Source: an archaeon (GTDB lineage: Archaea; Iainarchaeota; Iainarchaeia; Iainarchaeales; CSSED10-239). From it: DNA of 32,000 nt. The stretch's first letter is position 1; every line of letters begins with the position of its first letter. The DNA is taken from positions 300,001 through 332,000 of the forward strand of contig DAOMZT010000001.1 of assembly GCA_035400625.1 (NCBI GenBank). The letters are read 5' to 3'. The position numbers and the translations under genes are program-made. Shown piece after piece: positions 1-8,488 of this stretch. Below the pieces are notes generated by a model that saw only the letters and a list, made by a program, of their open reading frames with translations, did no database searches and was not told the DNA's origin.

Positions 1-348
1 AATATACTTTATGGAATTAGAAAGAGTTGTTGTTTTTTCTATGCCAGAGTAATTCATTTCTTTTCTTTTGTTGTTTATTCTAATATAGCCAGGGGTAAGT
101 GGGAATAGCAAAAGATAGTTTTTTTCTAAAGTTTCAAGATTATCAATTTTAAGATATTGTGCAGTTATTAGAAGGTCATTGATTTTTTGCGACTTTAATA
201 ATTCAACATTATTTTTTGCTAAATTTTCTGAAGCAATTGTTTGCATGGTTAATATCAAAAGCGAGATAAAGATTAATGCAAAAAGCCCATCAATTACAAA
301 GATTTGCCCATTATTTGCATTTTGCAAATTCCAAAATTTTAAAGCCAT
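1..348 (-). CDS. Type IV pilin-like protein (class III signal peptide); C-terminal part lies beyond the left window edge; absent from supplied ORF track
   Basis: Hand translation of the minus strand from ATG at 346-348 gives MALKFWNLQNANNG/QIFVIDGLFALIFISLLILTMQTIASENLAKNNVELLKSQ... and stays open to base 1. The in-frame upstream stop is at 355-357. The G-Q followed by about 20 hydrophobic residues mirrors MKSKG/QAIVLDVLFF of the gene just upstream. Overlaps that gene by 38 nt. Confidence 0.45.
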   Translation of the reverse strand, partial: MALKFWNLQNANNGQIFVIDGLFALIFISLLILTMQTIASENLAKNNVELLKSQKINDLLITAQYLKIDNLETLEKNYLLLFPLTPGYIRINNKRKEMNYSGIEKTTTLSNSIKYI

Positions 349-724
349 TATTAATCACTATTCCTCTTTTTATACTCAATTCAATTTCTGTTGTTTCTGT
401 TTGATAAATCACAATATCTGATAGTTTGATTCTGCAGATTTTATTTTTTTTAAGTTCTTTTTCAAACACCAATAGAGATCTCAAGTCCAAGATGTTTTGA
501 TAACAAAGGCTTTGATGATTAATTTCTGTGAATGCCAAGTAGTCACAGTCACTAACCATTTTATCAACAAACAAAAGCAATTCAAGCTTTTCAGTTTCTT
601 TTTGATTTTCTATTTGTTCTTTAGCATAGTTCTCAAAGAACAACACTTCAAAATATAAAATAAGGATTAGGCACAGAGAAAAGAACAAAACATCAAGTAC
701 TATTGCTTGCCCCTTTGATTTCAT
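311..724 (-). CDS. Type IV pilin-like protein (class III signal peptide), function unknown
   Basis: N-terminus MKSKG/QAIVLDVLFFSLCLILILYF: short basic leader, Gly, then a hydrophobic helix. Third gene of four overlapping same-strand genes with the same N-terminal architecture. Confidence 0.5.
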   Translation of the reverse strand: MKSKGQAIVLDVLFFSLCLILILYFEVLFFENYAKEQIENQKETEKLELLLFVDKMVSDCDYLAFTEINHQSLCYQNILDLRSLLVFEKELKKNKICRIKLSDIVIYQTETTEIELSIKRGIVINNGFKILEFAKCK

Positions 725-908
725 GTTTCTCCCATTTTTCTTCCTGATAATATTTTTCTTTTATAATTTCTATATCCCCTTTTACATTTTTGCTTTTTTC
801 AAACTTTTCTTTAAAGCCAAGATTGACATTCACAAAAAAGCCAAGCACGATAATGATAATTAAAACACACAATATCATTTCAAGAGTAATTATCCCTTTT
901 TTATTCAA
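693..908 (-). CDS. Small type IV pilin-like protein (class III signal peptide)
   Basis: TTG start overlapping the upstream stop. N-terminus MNKKG/IITLEMILCVLIIIIVLGFF has Glu at +5 after the Gly, as in the G-FTLIE prepilin motif. 71 aa. Confidence 0.55.
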   Translation of the reverse strand: MNKKGIITLEMILCVLIIIIVLGFFVNVNLGFKEKFEKSKNVKGDIEIIKEKYYQEEKWEKHEIKGASNST

Positions 909-1414
909 GTATATATCACCACTTCTATTGTGTAATTTTTTGGAAAAGTAAAAGTTGTTTTGGAATATGATGTTTTCTGTTCAAAGCCAAGGTATTTGTT
1001 TTTTGCTAGCCCGTTTGTTATAGTATATCTCTTAACATAAACATTTGGCATTGGCCTTAAAACAATGGTTTTTGTTATTTCTTGTAGTTCTAAAAGATTT
1101 ACTTTTTGTTTTTTCTTTGTATTGATATCAATAACAAACCATTCTTCTGTTTTGGTATCAAGACCAGAAAGATAATTTACTACCTTGGTGTTTATGTGCG
1201 AATTTAGTGTTATTGGGTCTGTGTTAGGAATAGCAAGTTCGTGCTTAACCATTTCTTCAAAATTAATTGCTGCACTGTGCTTTTTCGTGCTTTGTGATTT
1301 TACAATTACAAAATCTAGGTTGCTTTCAATTCTTTCATTACCAGCAATAGACAAGAAAATAAGTGTAAACAACAACACTCCAAGACTAAGAAAGCCTTTG
1401 TTTTTTGTAGCCAT
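905..1414 (-). CDS. Type IV pilin-like protein (class III signal peptide), function unknown
   Basis: N-terminus MATKNKG/FLSLGVLLFTLIFLSIAG followed by a beta-rich soluble domain. First gene of the four-gene operon, divergent from orc1/cdc6. Confidence 0.5.
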   Translation of the reverse strand: MATKNKGFLSLGVLLFTLIFLSIAGNERIESNLDFVIVKSQSTKKHSAAINFEEMVKHELAIPNTDPITLNSHINTKVVNYLSGLDTKTEEWFVIDINTKKKQKVNLLELQEITKTIVLRPMPNVYVKRYTITNGLAKNKYLGFEQKTSYSKTTFTFPKNYTIEVVIYT

Positions 1415-1578
1415 TAGATATTTCTTGATTTCTTTCCTTTATTTAACCAGCTGTTTGTTTTTTTTGTGTTTTTGAAACAATCGCCTCTTTGCTTTAAGTT
1501 TTTACAAAAAATCTAACAAATGTTTTTAAATAGCTCTATCTACAATAAATATATTAATATCAAAAAACGGAATAAGCT

Positions 1579-2676
1579 TTGAAAAAGAACATATTTGTTA
1601 AGGATTTTTCTGACACAACAATTAGTATCTTTAAAGATGAGTCTGTATTCTATCCAAGCTATTTGCCAGAAGACATAAAAGCAAGAGATAAGGAGATTCA
1701 AGAGTTAAGCTATAATTTACGGCCAATCTCTGAAAACAAAAAAGCAAGAAACATCTTAATCTTTGGCCCGCCAGGAACTGGAAAAACCTTAACCTCTAAG
1801 TTTGTGATTAAGCAACTCTCAGAATTTACTCAAAAAGCAAGATCAATTTATATCAATGCGATAGAAGACAACACAAGGTTTGCATTATATTGCAAACTTC
1901 TTTCGCTTTATAATTCTCCACTTCCAAGAAGAGGACTAGGCATTGACGAGTTAATTTCAAGAGTAAAAGAAGAACTTGGCAAAAACGATTTTATTCCAGT
2001 AATTATTATTGATGAGGTTGATAAGTTAGAGAGATCAGAGATATCAACCATTCTTTATGATCTATCAAGAATCGAGGTTTCAAAGAAATATTTTGCATTA
2101 ATATTGATAACTAATCATAAGGAGTTTATATTATCTCTTGATCCAAGAGTTCAAAGCTCTCTTTTTCTTACAGAGATTGAGTTTAAGAGATATTCTCCTC
2201 AAGAACTAAAAGAAATTCTAAGGGAAAGAATAGAATATGGCTTGATCCCTAATGCCATATCTGAAGACTTGATTGGTTATATTACCGGCTATGCAGCAAA
2301 GAATGGGGGTGATGCAAGAATAGCAATTGATATAATTTATAAATCAGCAAAACTTTCAGAAAAGAAAGGAAATCTAAAGATTGATAAAGAAACTATTTTA
2401 GAATCCGAGAAATTAATTGATGCTGTTAAGCTTTGTGAGAGATTAAATTATCTTGTGCAGATTGAAAAGGACATTCTTAAAGCAATCCCAGAAGATGGCA
2501 CAGATAGTGGCAATCTCTATTCTTCTTTTCCAAAAGAATCTGATAGAACAATAAGGCGCCATCTTGACACTCTTAAAAAGGTCGGCCTGATAAAGATTTC
2601 TGAAATTGCAACACAGAAAGGAAAGACACGAAAAATAGAATTGACTTTTAGTAAAGAGCTGTTATTACCTGAATAG
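1579..2676 (+). CDS. cdc6: Orc1/Cdc6 replication initiator (AAA+ ATPase with C-terminal winged helix)
   Basis: Walker A ILIFGPPGTGKT and Walker B VIIIDEVD. N-terminal YLPEDIKARDKEIQEL is typical of Orc1/Cdc6. Sensor region GGDARIAIDII and a C-terminal wHTH-sized domain. TTG start: the frame opens after TAA at 1573-1575 and contains no ATG. Confidence 0.9.
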   Translation: MKKNIFVKDFSDTTISIFKDESVFYPSYLPEDIKARDKEIQELSYNLRPISENKKARNILIFGPPGTGKTLTSKFVIKQLSEFTQKARSIYINAIEDNTRFALYCKLLSLYNSPLPRRGLGIDELISRVKEELGKNDFIPVIIIDEVDKLERSEISTILYDLSRIEVSKKYFALILITNHKEFILSLDPRVQSSLFLTEIEFKRYSPQELKEILRERIEYGLIPNAISEDLIGYITGYAAKNGGDARIAIDIIYKSAKLSEKKGNLKIDKETILESEKLIDAVKLCERLNYLVQIEKDILKAIPEDGTDSGNLYSSFPKESDRTIRRHLDTLKKVGLIKISEIATQKGKTRKIELTFSKELLLPE

Positions 2677-2695
2677 AAAAAAGAAAAAGTAGATA

Positions 2696-3445
2696 TTATT
2701 CGTTATCTACTCTTGGTGCCAAATAATACCTGACTGCAGCATCCCCAATAGTGTAGTTTAGCTCTATTGGCATATCATCTTTTAGCTTTAAAGTAATTGT
2801 TGATTTTGCGTTCTTTATCATGTTCTGTAAATAATCTAATGGAAACATTGCTTTTGCTTTATTTCCTGAAATCACAATATCCCCCGCCTCAACTTCTTGC
2901 TTAAACTTTCCTTTAGAGCTTTGTGTTTCTAAAATAAACTTCTCATCTCCAACTTTTAAAGTAATGTGTGAGCTGAAAAGAGCAGCATCTTTTATTCCAG
3001 AAAGTAAATGATCAGAGCCAATCTGTACAGTAACATCAAACTGTATTTGTGGAAGTGAGTGTTGTTGGTCTGATACATCAATTAGTGGAATTGTAAAGGA
3101 TCTCTTAGATTTGCCAATAAACTCTAACTGAATGCTTGGCTTTCCTTCTTTTATCTCAATTGAAAGCTTATCATCTGCATTTGAGTGTGCCAAAATCTGT
3201 AAAAGATTATTAATATTTATTCCAAATGAAACTTTGTTTGCTGATTCTGGGCCAATATCTGCAATAAACTCTTCAAATGCGTTTTTAGGCATAACAAAAT
3301 CAACAAGGCTTATCTGGCTTGGGTCTGTTGCCCTAAGATAGAACTTATCCTTATCTATAGTAAACAATCCTTCATTTATCAATACTCCTATTGCATCTAT
3401 ACATTTATAAAACTCTTTTGCATCCTTTATTACTAATTTTATCAT
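2696..3445 (-). CDS. pcn: DNA polymerase sliding clamp PCNA
   Basis: 249 aa. N-terminus MIKLVIKDAKEFYKCIDAIGVLINEGLFTIDKDKFYLRATDPSQISLVDF matches the archaeal PCNA pattern. Two-domain size. GAGGTGG Shine-Dalgarno-like element just upstream. Confidence 0.9.
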   Translation of the reverse strand: MIKLVIKDAKEFYKCIDAIGVLINEGLFTIDKDKFYLRATDPSQISLVDFVMPKNAFEEFIADIGPESANKVSFGININNLLQILAHSNADDKLSIEIKEGKPSIQLEFIGKSKRSFTIPLIDVSDQQHSLPQIQFDVTVQIGSDHLLSGIKDAALFSSHITLKVGDEKFILETQSSKGKFKQEVEAGDIVISGNKAKAMFPLDYLQNMIKNAKSTITLKLKDDMPIELNYTIGDAAVRYYLAPRVDNE

Positions 3446-3461
3446 GGTCCCACCTCATATA

Positions 3462-4208
3462 TTATTGAAACAAAACTAATTTAATATATCCTATATATGG
3501 AATTTTGCCAAGTTTCTTGCCTTTTAGCTCTTTTTCCTTTATTGGAAAGACATTAAGGCATGGCTTTTGTATAGTGATTTTTTCATTAATTATTTCTATA
3601 TCGCAATCTTGGTCAATATACACATTTGTCTTATGGTTATCTCCTTTTGTTAATAGGAATGTCCCGTCTTTTGCATTTATCTTTACAATGGCCCTGTGTA
3701 TTGTGTCTTTTCCAGTAACATTAGATTGATAAACAACTACACTATTCTTATTTTCTATAGTGTCAAGTAAAGAAATGTTTTTGTCCCCGATCTTAATATA
3801 ATCTATTTCCTCTATACCAAACCTGTTTTTAGAAAAGCTAAGTTTCGCGAAATCTTTAAGGTCTTTGTTTGCTATGTTCTCATTTATTGTTACTTCTTCT
3901 ACTTTAAGGTTTTTTGCTTTTGTAAGAATTACAATGTCTCCTCTATGCAAGTTTGGTTCCATTGATGAGCTATATACAATAGCCATTGGCATAGACACCC
4001 CAAGTATCCAACCAAAAATTTTATAGATTGCTATTGCAAGAAAAAAAGCAAGGCAAATATAGCAAAGCCAATAAATAGCAGATTTCCAAAAGCCTTCTGG
4101 CTTACCAATCCATTTTTCCAAACCCATATCAAGATAGTTAAATGGATCAAGATAATACCAAAAATTCTTTTTTGGTTGTTTTTTTGAAGCTTTATTTTTT
4201 TTCTTCAT
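3462..4208 (-). CDS. Signal peptidase I, archaeal/Sec11 type (S26B)
   Basis: Catalytic Ser box SSSMEPNLHRGDIV, His box IHRAIV, and TKGDNHKTN box. N-terminal membrane anchor segments. Confidence 0.8.
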   Translation of the reverse strand: MKKKNKASKKQPKKNFWYYLDPFNYLDMGLEKWIGKPEGFWKSAIYWLCYICLAFFLAIAIYKIFGWILGVSMPMAIVYSSSMEPNLHRGDIVILTKAKNLKVEEVTINENIANKDLKDFAKLSFSKNRFGIEEIDYIKIGDKNISLLDTIENKNSVVVYQSNVTGKDTIHRAIVKINAKDGTFLLTKGDNHKTNVYIDQDCDIEIINEKITIQKPCLNVFPIKEKELKGKKLGKIPYIGYIKLVLFQ

Positions 4209-4486
4209 TTTTTAGCAACGGCCTTTTCAAGATTTTTGATAATACCATTAAATTTTTCTTCAGCTTCAGAAACACAATCTAATAAAACGTCTTTTGCTGG
4301 CTTTTCTTTAGTTCTAAGATAGATAGTAAACTTGCCAGTCAAGTTATCACCTTCTTTTCTTGAGACAAACTCTACATCTTTTTTCCCTGAAGCTATATCA
4401 ACAATCATGTCAAAGAAAGAAGAGTCTTCATCACTAACTTCAAATTCTATTTCATTTTTGCTTTTGTTTATAAATTCTATTTCCAT
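4205..4486 (-). CDS. rpoL: DNA-directed RNA polymerase subunit L (Rpo11)
   Basis: 93 aa. MEIEFINKSKNEIEFEVSDEDSSFFDMI...DVEFVSRKEG...FTIYLRTK follows the RpoL/Rpb11 pattern (ELEFEL.GEDHT...L....V.FA.Y...HP). Abuts the Csl4-like gene. Confidence 0.65.
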   Translation of the reverse strand: MEIEFINKSKNEIEFEVSDEDSSFFDMIVDIASGKKDVEFVSRKEGDNLTGKFTIYLRTKEKPAKDVLLDCVSEAEEKFNGIIKNLEKAVAKK

Positions 4487-4921
4487 TTAGAAGTCACCGT
4501 TTTTTGCAAATTTTTTTTTAATAATGTTCCCGCAACTACAGATTACTTCATTAGTTTTTGAAGCCCCAATAGCTGCCTTACATTTTTTACATATTGTTCT
4601 AATTACCCCTAGGTCCTGGTTGTTTGTTACTAGCTTATATTCGTAAGGTCCAACTTCTATTACCTTTGCTTTAATTATGTCGTTTTTAGCAAAGCAAGCA
4701 CTAGTTGATTCTACAAATTTAGTGTCTATATTTTTAACAAATATAACACCCATGTCTGCAGGAGACAACACTCTCTCGCCAGCATTAAGGATCTCAACAA
4801 CCACCATGTTGTCCTTAACTACAACAATTTCTCCAATCACCACATCTCCAACATTTAGCTTTTCTTTTTTTTTAATATTGGCTAGAATGGTGCTTAATTC
4901 TAAATTACTCACGAAAATCAC
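4487..4921 (-). CDS. csl4: Exosome RNA-binding subunit Csl4-like (S1 domain plus zinc ribbon)
   Basis: S1-like segment GDVVIGEIVVVKDNMVVVEI...DIIKAKVIEV, followed by ICKKC...x13...CSC zinc-ribbon cysteines. Sits next to rpoL. Confidence 0.6.
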   Translation of the reverse strand: MIFVSNLELSTILANIKKKEKLNVGDVVIGEIVVVKDNMVVVEILNAGERVLSPADMGVIFVKNIDTKFVESTSACFAKNDIIKAKVIEVGPYEYKLVTNNQDLGVIRTICKKCKAAIGASKTNEVICSCGNIIKKKFAKNGDF

Positions 4922-4948
4922 AAATTAGTTAGTTTTTTGTCTATCTCT

Positions 4949-4984
4949 ACAATATATTTATATAAAAAAACATTTATATATTGT
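4949..4984. promoter_or_regulatory. Symmetric TATA-rich element in the divergent csl4 / membrane-protein promoter region
   Basis: 9-bp inverted arms ACAATATAT (4949-4957) and ATATATTGT (4976-4984) flank an 18-nt A/T spacer. Each arm reads as a TATA-like box facing one of the two divergent genes. Confidence 0.3.
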
Positions 4985-5036
4985 TGGTTTAAATATTCTT
5001 TTAGGACACCGGCAATAGAAAAAGCGAGAACAAAAA

Positions 5037-5897
5037 ATGGTATTAGAATTCATATATAGTACTCAAAGGATATCAAGGCATCCAATAATTATTTTTTTTG
5101 AAGCAATAATATTATCTGTTTTAGCAGTAATACTAGCAAAGCTATTTTTTCTTCCTGAGCATATGAGTTTTGGTATTCTTATCTTTATCACAATTGGTTT
5201 TATCCCGATTTTTGCTAAGCTTTTCTCGTACAATTCTTATCTTTTTAATTATTCATCTAATTTCTTTAAAAGACACAAAACTATTATGCTACAGCTTTTA
5301 TATGCGTTTTTAGGAGTGTTTGTAGCCTTTACATTTATTTTCTTTGTTGTTAATACAGAAACCAGAGAAGAGATATTTTCTACCCAACTATCAGAAATTG
5401 AAAAGATAGCACATTCGCGTAACACCCTGACAGGCCAAGTTTCTGGCACAATTATAAAAAAAGAAAGTAATTTTTCTAATGCTTTTAATCTTATATTTTC
5501 TAATAACTTGGGTGTTGTATTAAGAGCAGGGCTATTATCTTTGTTCTATGGTGCAGGTGCAATTTATCTGATTACCTGGAATGCATCAATTCTTGCAATA
5601 GCTATAGCTAATGATATTTTAGTTAATCTGGGAGGAGTTATTGGAGTTAGTGGTATGCTTGAAGGAATAGGTAATGCCTTAGTCACTCTTATTGGCTATA
5701 TCCCCCACGGCTTACCAGAGGTTCTGGCCTATATCCTAATAAGCCTAGCAGGTGCGATCTTTGCAAGAGGCCTAATAAAAGGGCTGTTCTTTACAGAGTT
5801 TAGATGGGTGATAATCAAAGATTTAATACTTCTTGTGATATCTGCAATTGCCTTATTATTGGTTGGTGCATTAATAGAAGCAAGTTATTTTATCTAG
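5037..5897 (+). CDS. Multi-pass membrane protein, SpoIIM/DUF95-like
   Basis: Several hydrophobic helices. The C-terminal half LRAGLLSLFYGAGAIYLITWNASIL...IPHGLPEVLAYILISLAG resembles the PHGxxE signature of the stage II sporulation protein M family. Confidence 0.5.
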   Translation: MVLEFIYSTQRISRHPIIIFFEAIILSVLAVILAKLFFLPEHMSFGILIFITIGFIPIFAKLFSYNSYLFNYSSNFFKRHKTIMLQLLYAFLGVFVAFTFIFFVVNTETREEIFSTQLSEIEKIAHSRNTLTGQVSGTIIKKESNFSNAFNLIFSNNLGVVLRAGLLSLFYGAGAIYLITWNASILAIAIANDILVNLGGVIGVSGMLEGIGNALVTLIGYIPHGLPEVLAYILISLAGAIFARGLIKGLFFTEFRWVIIKDLILLVISAIALLLVGALIEASYFI

Positions 5898-5940
5898 CTT
5901 TCTCCTATCTTTATATATTTTTTCTATAACAAATATATTT

Positions 5941-6936
5941 ATGCAAGATTATAACTATCTTCTAAAATTTCCTTTCTCTAACCAAGCAAAAGAATACATC
6001 TCAAACAAGAGAATTGATCTGCTATCAGTAGATTATAAGATTTTAGAAAAAGTTAAAAAGTTTTTAATTACTGAGATTAATCAAGATTATAAAACCCTAG
6101 AGAAATACTGGTTTAATATTTCTAAGAATGATGATGAAATTATTGCTTATAGCTATGTTGTGATTTATCCTTTATCTAAGATTATTCTTTCAATAATTGA
6201 CAACACTCCATTAACTCAAAGCTTTGCAAACTATTATCAAAAAAGATTTCTTTATTTTTCTAAAAAAGAAGATATAGAAAATCTAAAAGAAATTATCAAA
6301 GATATATGCCCTCAATTATCTTACAATCAAGAAAAAGAGCAATATTTTATTTCTTTGATTGATTTGTTGACTTTGGATTTAGGTGAAGACTACAAGTTAC
6401 AATATACAAACCTTAAAGAAGGCAATATCTTCTTTCCAAATAAAGATGCACTTTTAGAGTTTCTTTCAGTTGCCCTGAAGAAAAGAATATTAAGAACAAC
6501 AGAGGTAAATAAAAAAGAAGTTCCAAAATCTTTTCTTGAAGTTTCTGAAATTGTAAGAAAGCACTTCCTGTCTACTCAGAAAGCAAGAGGTGATTTTGAT
6601 AACAGGTTTTCAGGAAAGCTTTCAAATAGTTCGTTTCCACCATGCTTTGATAAGCTGTATAATGACCTTTTGTCTGGAAAAAAGTTATCGCATATTGCCA
6701 ACTACCACTTGGCTGTTTTTCTAGCAGGCGTTGGTTACAGTTATGATGATATTATAAATGTATATAAACATGCACCAAACTTTGATGAAAGGGTAGCAGG
6801 CTATCAAGTTAAAAAGATTATTGAAAAGAAATATTCTATAGGTAATTGTGAAACATTAAAATCAAACGATTTATGTGTAAAAGACTGCAAAGTCAAGCAC
6901 CCATTACAATTATTAAAAAAACAAAAAAATGATTAA
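5941..6936 (+). CDS. priL: DNA primase large (regulatory) subunit PriL
   Basis: FPPCFDKLYNDLLSGKKLSHIANYHLAVFLAGVGYSYDDIINVY...YQVKKI...YSIGNCETLKSNDLCVKDC. Four Cys are placed like the PriL Fe-S cluster ligands, and this is the characteristic PriL C-terminal domain pattern. Confidence 0.85.
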   Translation: MQDYNYLLKFPFSNQAKEYISNKRIDLLSVDYKILEKVKKFLITEINQDYKTLEKYWFNISKNDDEIIAYSYVVIYPLSKIILSIIDNTPLTQSFANYYQKRFLYFSKKEDIENLKEIIKDICPQLSYNQEKEQYFISLIDLLTLDLGEDYKLQYTNLKEGNIFFPNKDALLEFLSVALKKRILRTTEVNKKEVPKSFLEVSEIVRKHFLSTQKARGDFDNRFSGKLSNSSFPPCFDKLYNDLLSGKKLSHIANYHLAVFLAGVGYSYDDIINVYKHAPNFDERVAGYQVKKIIEKKYSIGNCETLKSNDLCVKDCKVKHPLQLLKKQKND

Positions 6937-6938
6937 TT

Positions 6939-8480
6939 ATGTTTATATTTAAAAAAAGGAAAACTAATAACAACAAACTATTATTGATAATTTTAGATGG
7001 TGTTGGCATCAACAAGCCATATCCTGGCAATGCAGTAACATTAGCAAATATGCCAACCTTTAATTCTTTAAGAAAAGACTACCCAAACATGTTACTTGGT
7101 GCAAGCGAAGAATATGTTGGGCTTCCAAAAAAGCAAATGGGTTCATCTGAAGTTGGTCATTTTACTCTTGGTGCTGGAAGAATTGTTGATTCTGAAATTG
7201 TAAGAATTGATAAAGCAATTAAAAATGGCGACTTCTATAAAAATGATGTTCTTAACACAGAGCTACAAAACATAAAAGGCTATCAGGCACTTCATGTAGT
7301 TGGCCTATTAAGTGATGGTGGTGTTCATTCTTCTATCAATCATCTTTTTGCTTTGCTTGAAGTTATTGGTAGGCACAATAATCTTTCTCAAGTATATCTG
7401 CACCTTTTTACAGATGGCAGAGATGTTGATCCTAAATCATCAAAATATTTTGTTTCTGAACTTTTGAAAAGAATATCTGGAAATAAAAAAATACAGATTG
7501 CAAGCATTTGTGGTAGATATTATGGAATGGATAGAGACAATCGCTGGGATAGACAAAAGAAACTATACAATCTGATAGTTTATGGTATTGGCGAAAGATC
7601 TTATGATCCATTAAATTTTATTGAAAATTGCCATTCAAATGAGATTACTGACGAGTTTTTACCACCTGTTTTATTTAATGAAAATGGTTTGATTAAGAAC
7701 AATGATACGATTGTTTTTTTTAATTTCAGGAGTGACAGGGCTAGAGAGTTTACAAACATGCTGATGGACAAGTCTTTTGATAAGTTTGAGACAAAGAAGA
7801 TGTCTTTAAATTTTATAAGCTTTACAGAATATGATTCAAAATTTAAAAATGTAAAAGTGCTGTTTCCTCCAGAAACACAGGCACCAGGTCTTGGCGAAAT
7901 TATTTCTAAACTTGGCTATAAACAATTGAGAATTGCAGAAACAGAAAAATATGCTCATGTTACTTATTTTTTCAATCTAGGAAAGGAACACCCGCTTAAG
8001 AAAGAAGACAGGATACTTGTGCCTTCTCCAAGTGTTGCAACATATGATTTAAAGCCAGAGATGTCTGCAAAGATTATTACTCAAAAGCTTATAGATAAAC
8101 TAAACTCCAATTATAAATTAACTGTTGTTAATTTTGCAAATGGCGACATGGTTGGCCATTCAGGAGATATTCCTGCAACTGTAAAAGGCCTAGAGGTTGT
8201 TGATCGTTGCCTTGAGCAGATATTAAAGCGTGTTAATCTAGAAGATACCACAGTAATAGTAACTGCTGACCATGGAAACTGTGATGAGATGTTAGTAAAT
8301 GATCAAAAGGTAACAAGCCATAGCCTTAATAAAGTTCCATTCATATTAATATCTAATAAAGAGCACAAATTAAGAACAGACAATCACGAGGCATCAATTG
8401 CTAATGTTGCCCCAACCATTTTAAAATTACTAGGAGAAAAAGTTCCAAAATATATGTCAGAAGATTTATTGGATTATTAA
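6939..8480 (+). CDS. gpmI: 2,3-bisphosphoglycerate-independent phosphoglycerate mutase, bacterial GpmI type
   Basis: LLIILDGVG, catalytic-serine motif QMGSSEVGH, ANGDMVGHSG and VTADHGN. 513 aa, the typical GpmI length. Confidence 0.9.
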   Translation: MFIFKKRKTNNNKLLLIILDGVGINKPYPGNAVTLANMPTFNSLRKDYPNMLLGASEEYVGLPKKQMGSSEVGHFTLGAGRIVDSEIVRIDKAIKNGDFYKNDVLNTELQNIKGYQALHVVGLLSDGGVHSSINHLFALLEVIGRHNNLSQVYLHLFTDGRDVDPKSSKYFVSELLKRISGNKKIQIASICGRYYGMDRDNRWDRQKKLYNLIVYGIGERSYDPLNFIENCHSNEITDEFLPPVLFNENGLIKNNDTIVFFNFRSDRAREFTNMLMDKSFDKFETKKMSLNFISFTEYDSKFKNVKVLFPPETQAPGLGEIISKLGYKQLRIAETEKYAHVTYFFNLGKEHPLKKEDRILVPSPSVATYDLKPEMSAKIITQKLIDKLNSNYKLTVVNFANGDMVGHSGDIPATVKGLEVVDRCLEQILKRVNLEDTTVIVTADHGNCDEMLVNDQKVTSHSLNKVPFILISNKEHKLRTDNHEASIANVAPTILKLLGEKVPKYMSEDLLDY

Positions 8481-8488
8481 ATTGGTGA

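Noticed and set aside
179-421. 80-aa plus-strand ORF at the left edge
   Set aside because: It is antisense to two overlapping pilin-like genes. Its low-complexity F/N/I/C-rich translation is typical of AT-rich shadow frames.
1415-1578. Replication origin directly upstream of orc1/cdc6
   Set aside because: I could find no ORB or mini-ORB-like inverted or direct repeats in the 164-bp gap. It is kept only as an open question in the findings.
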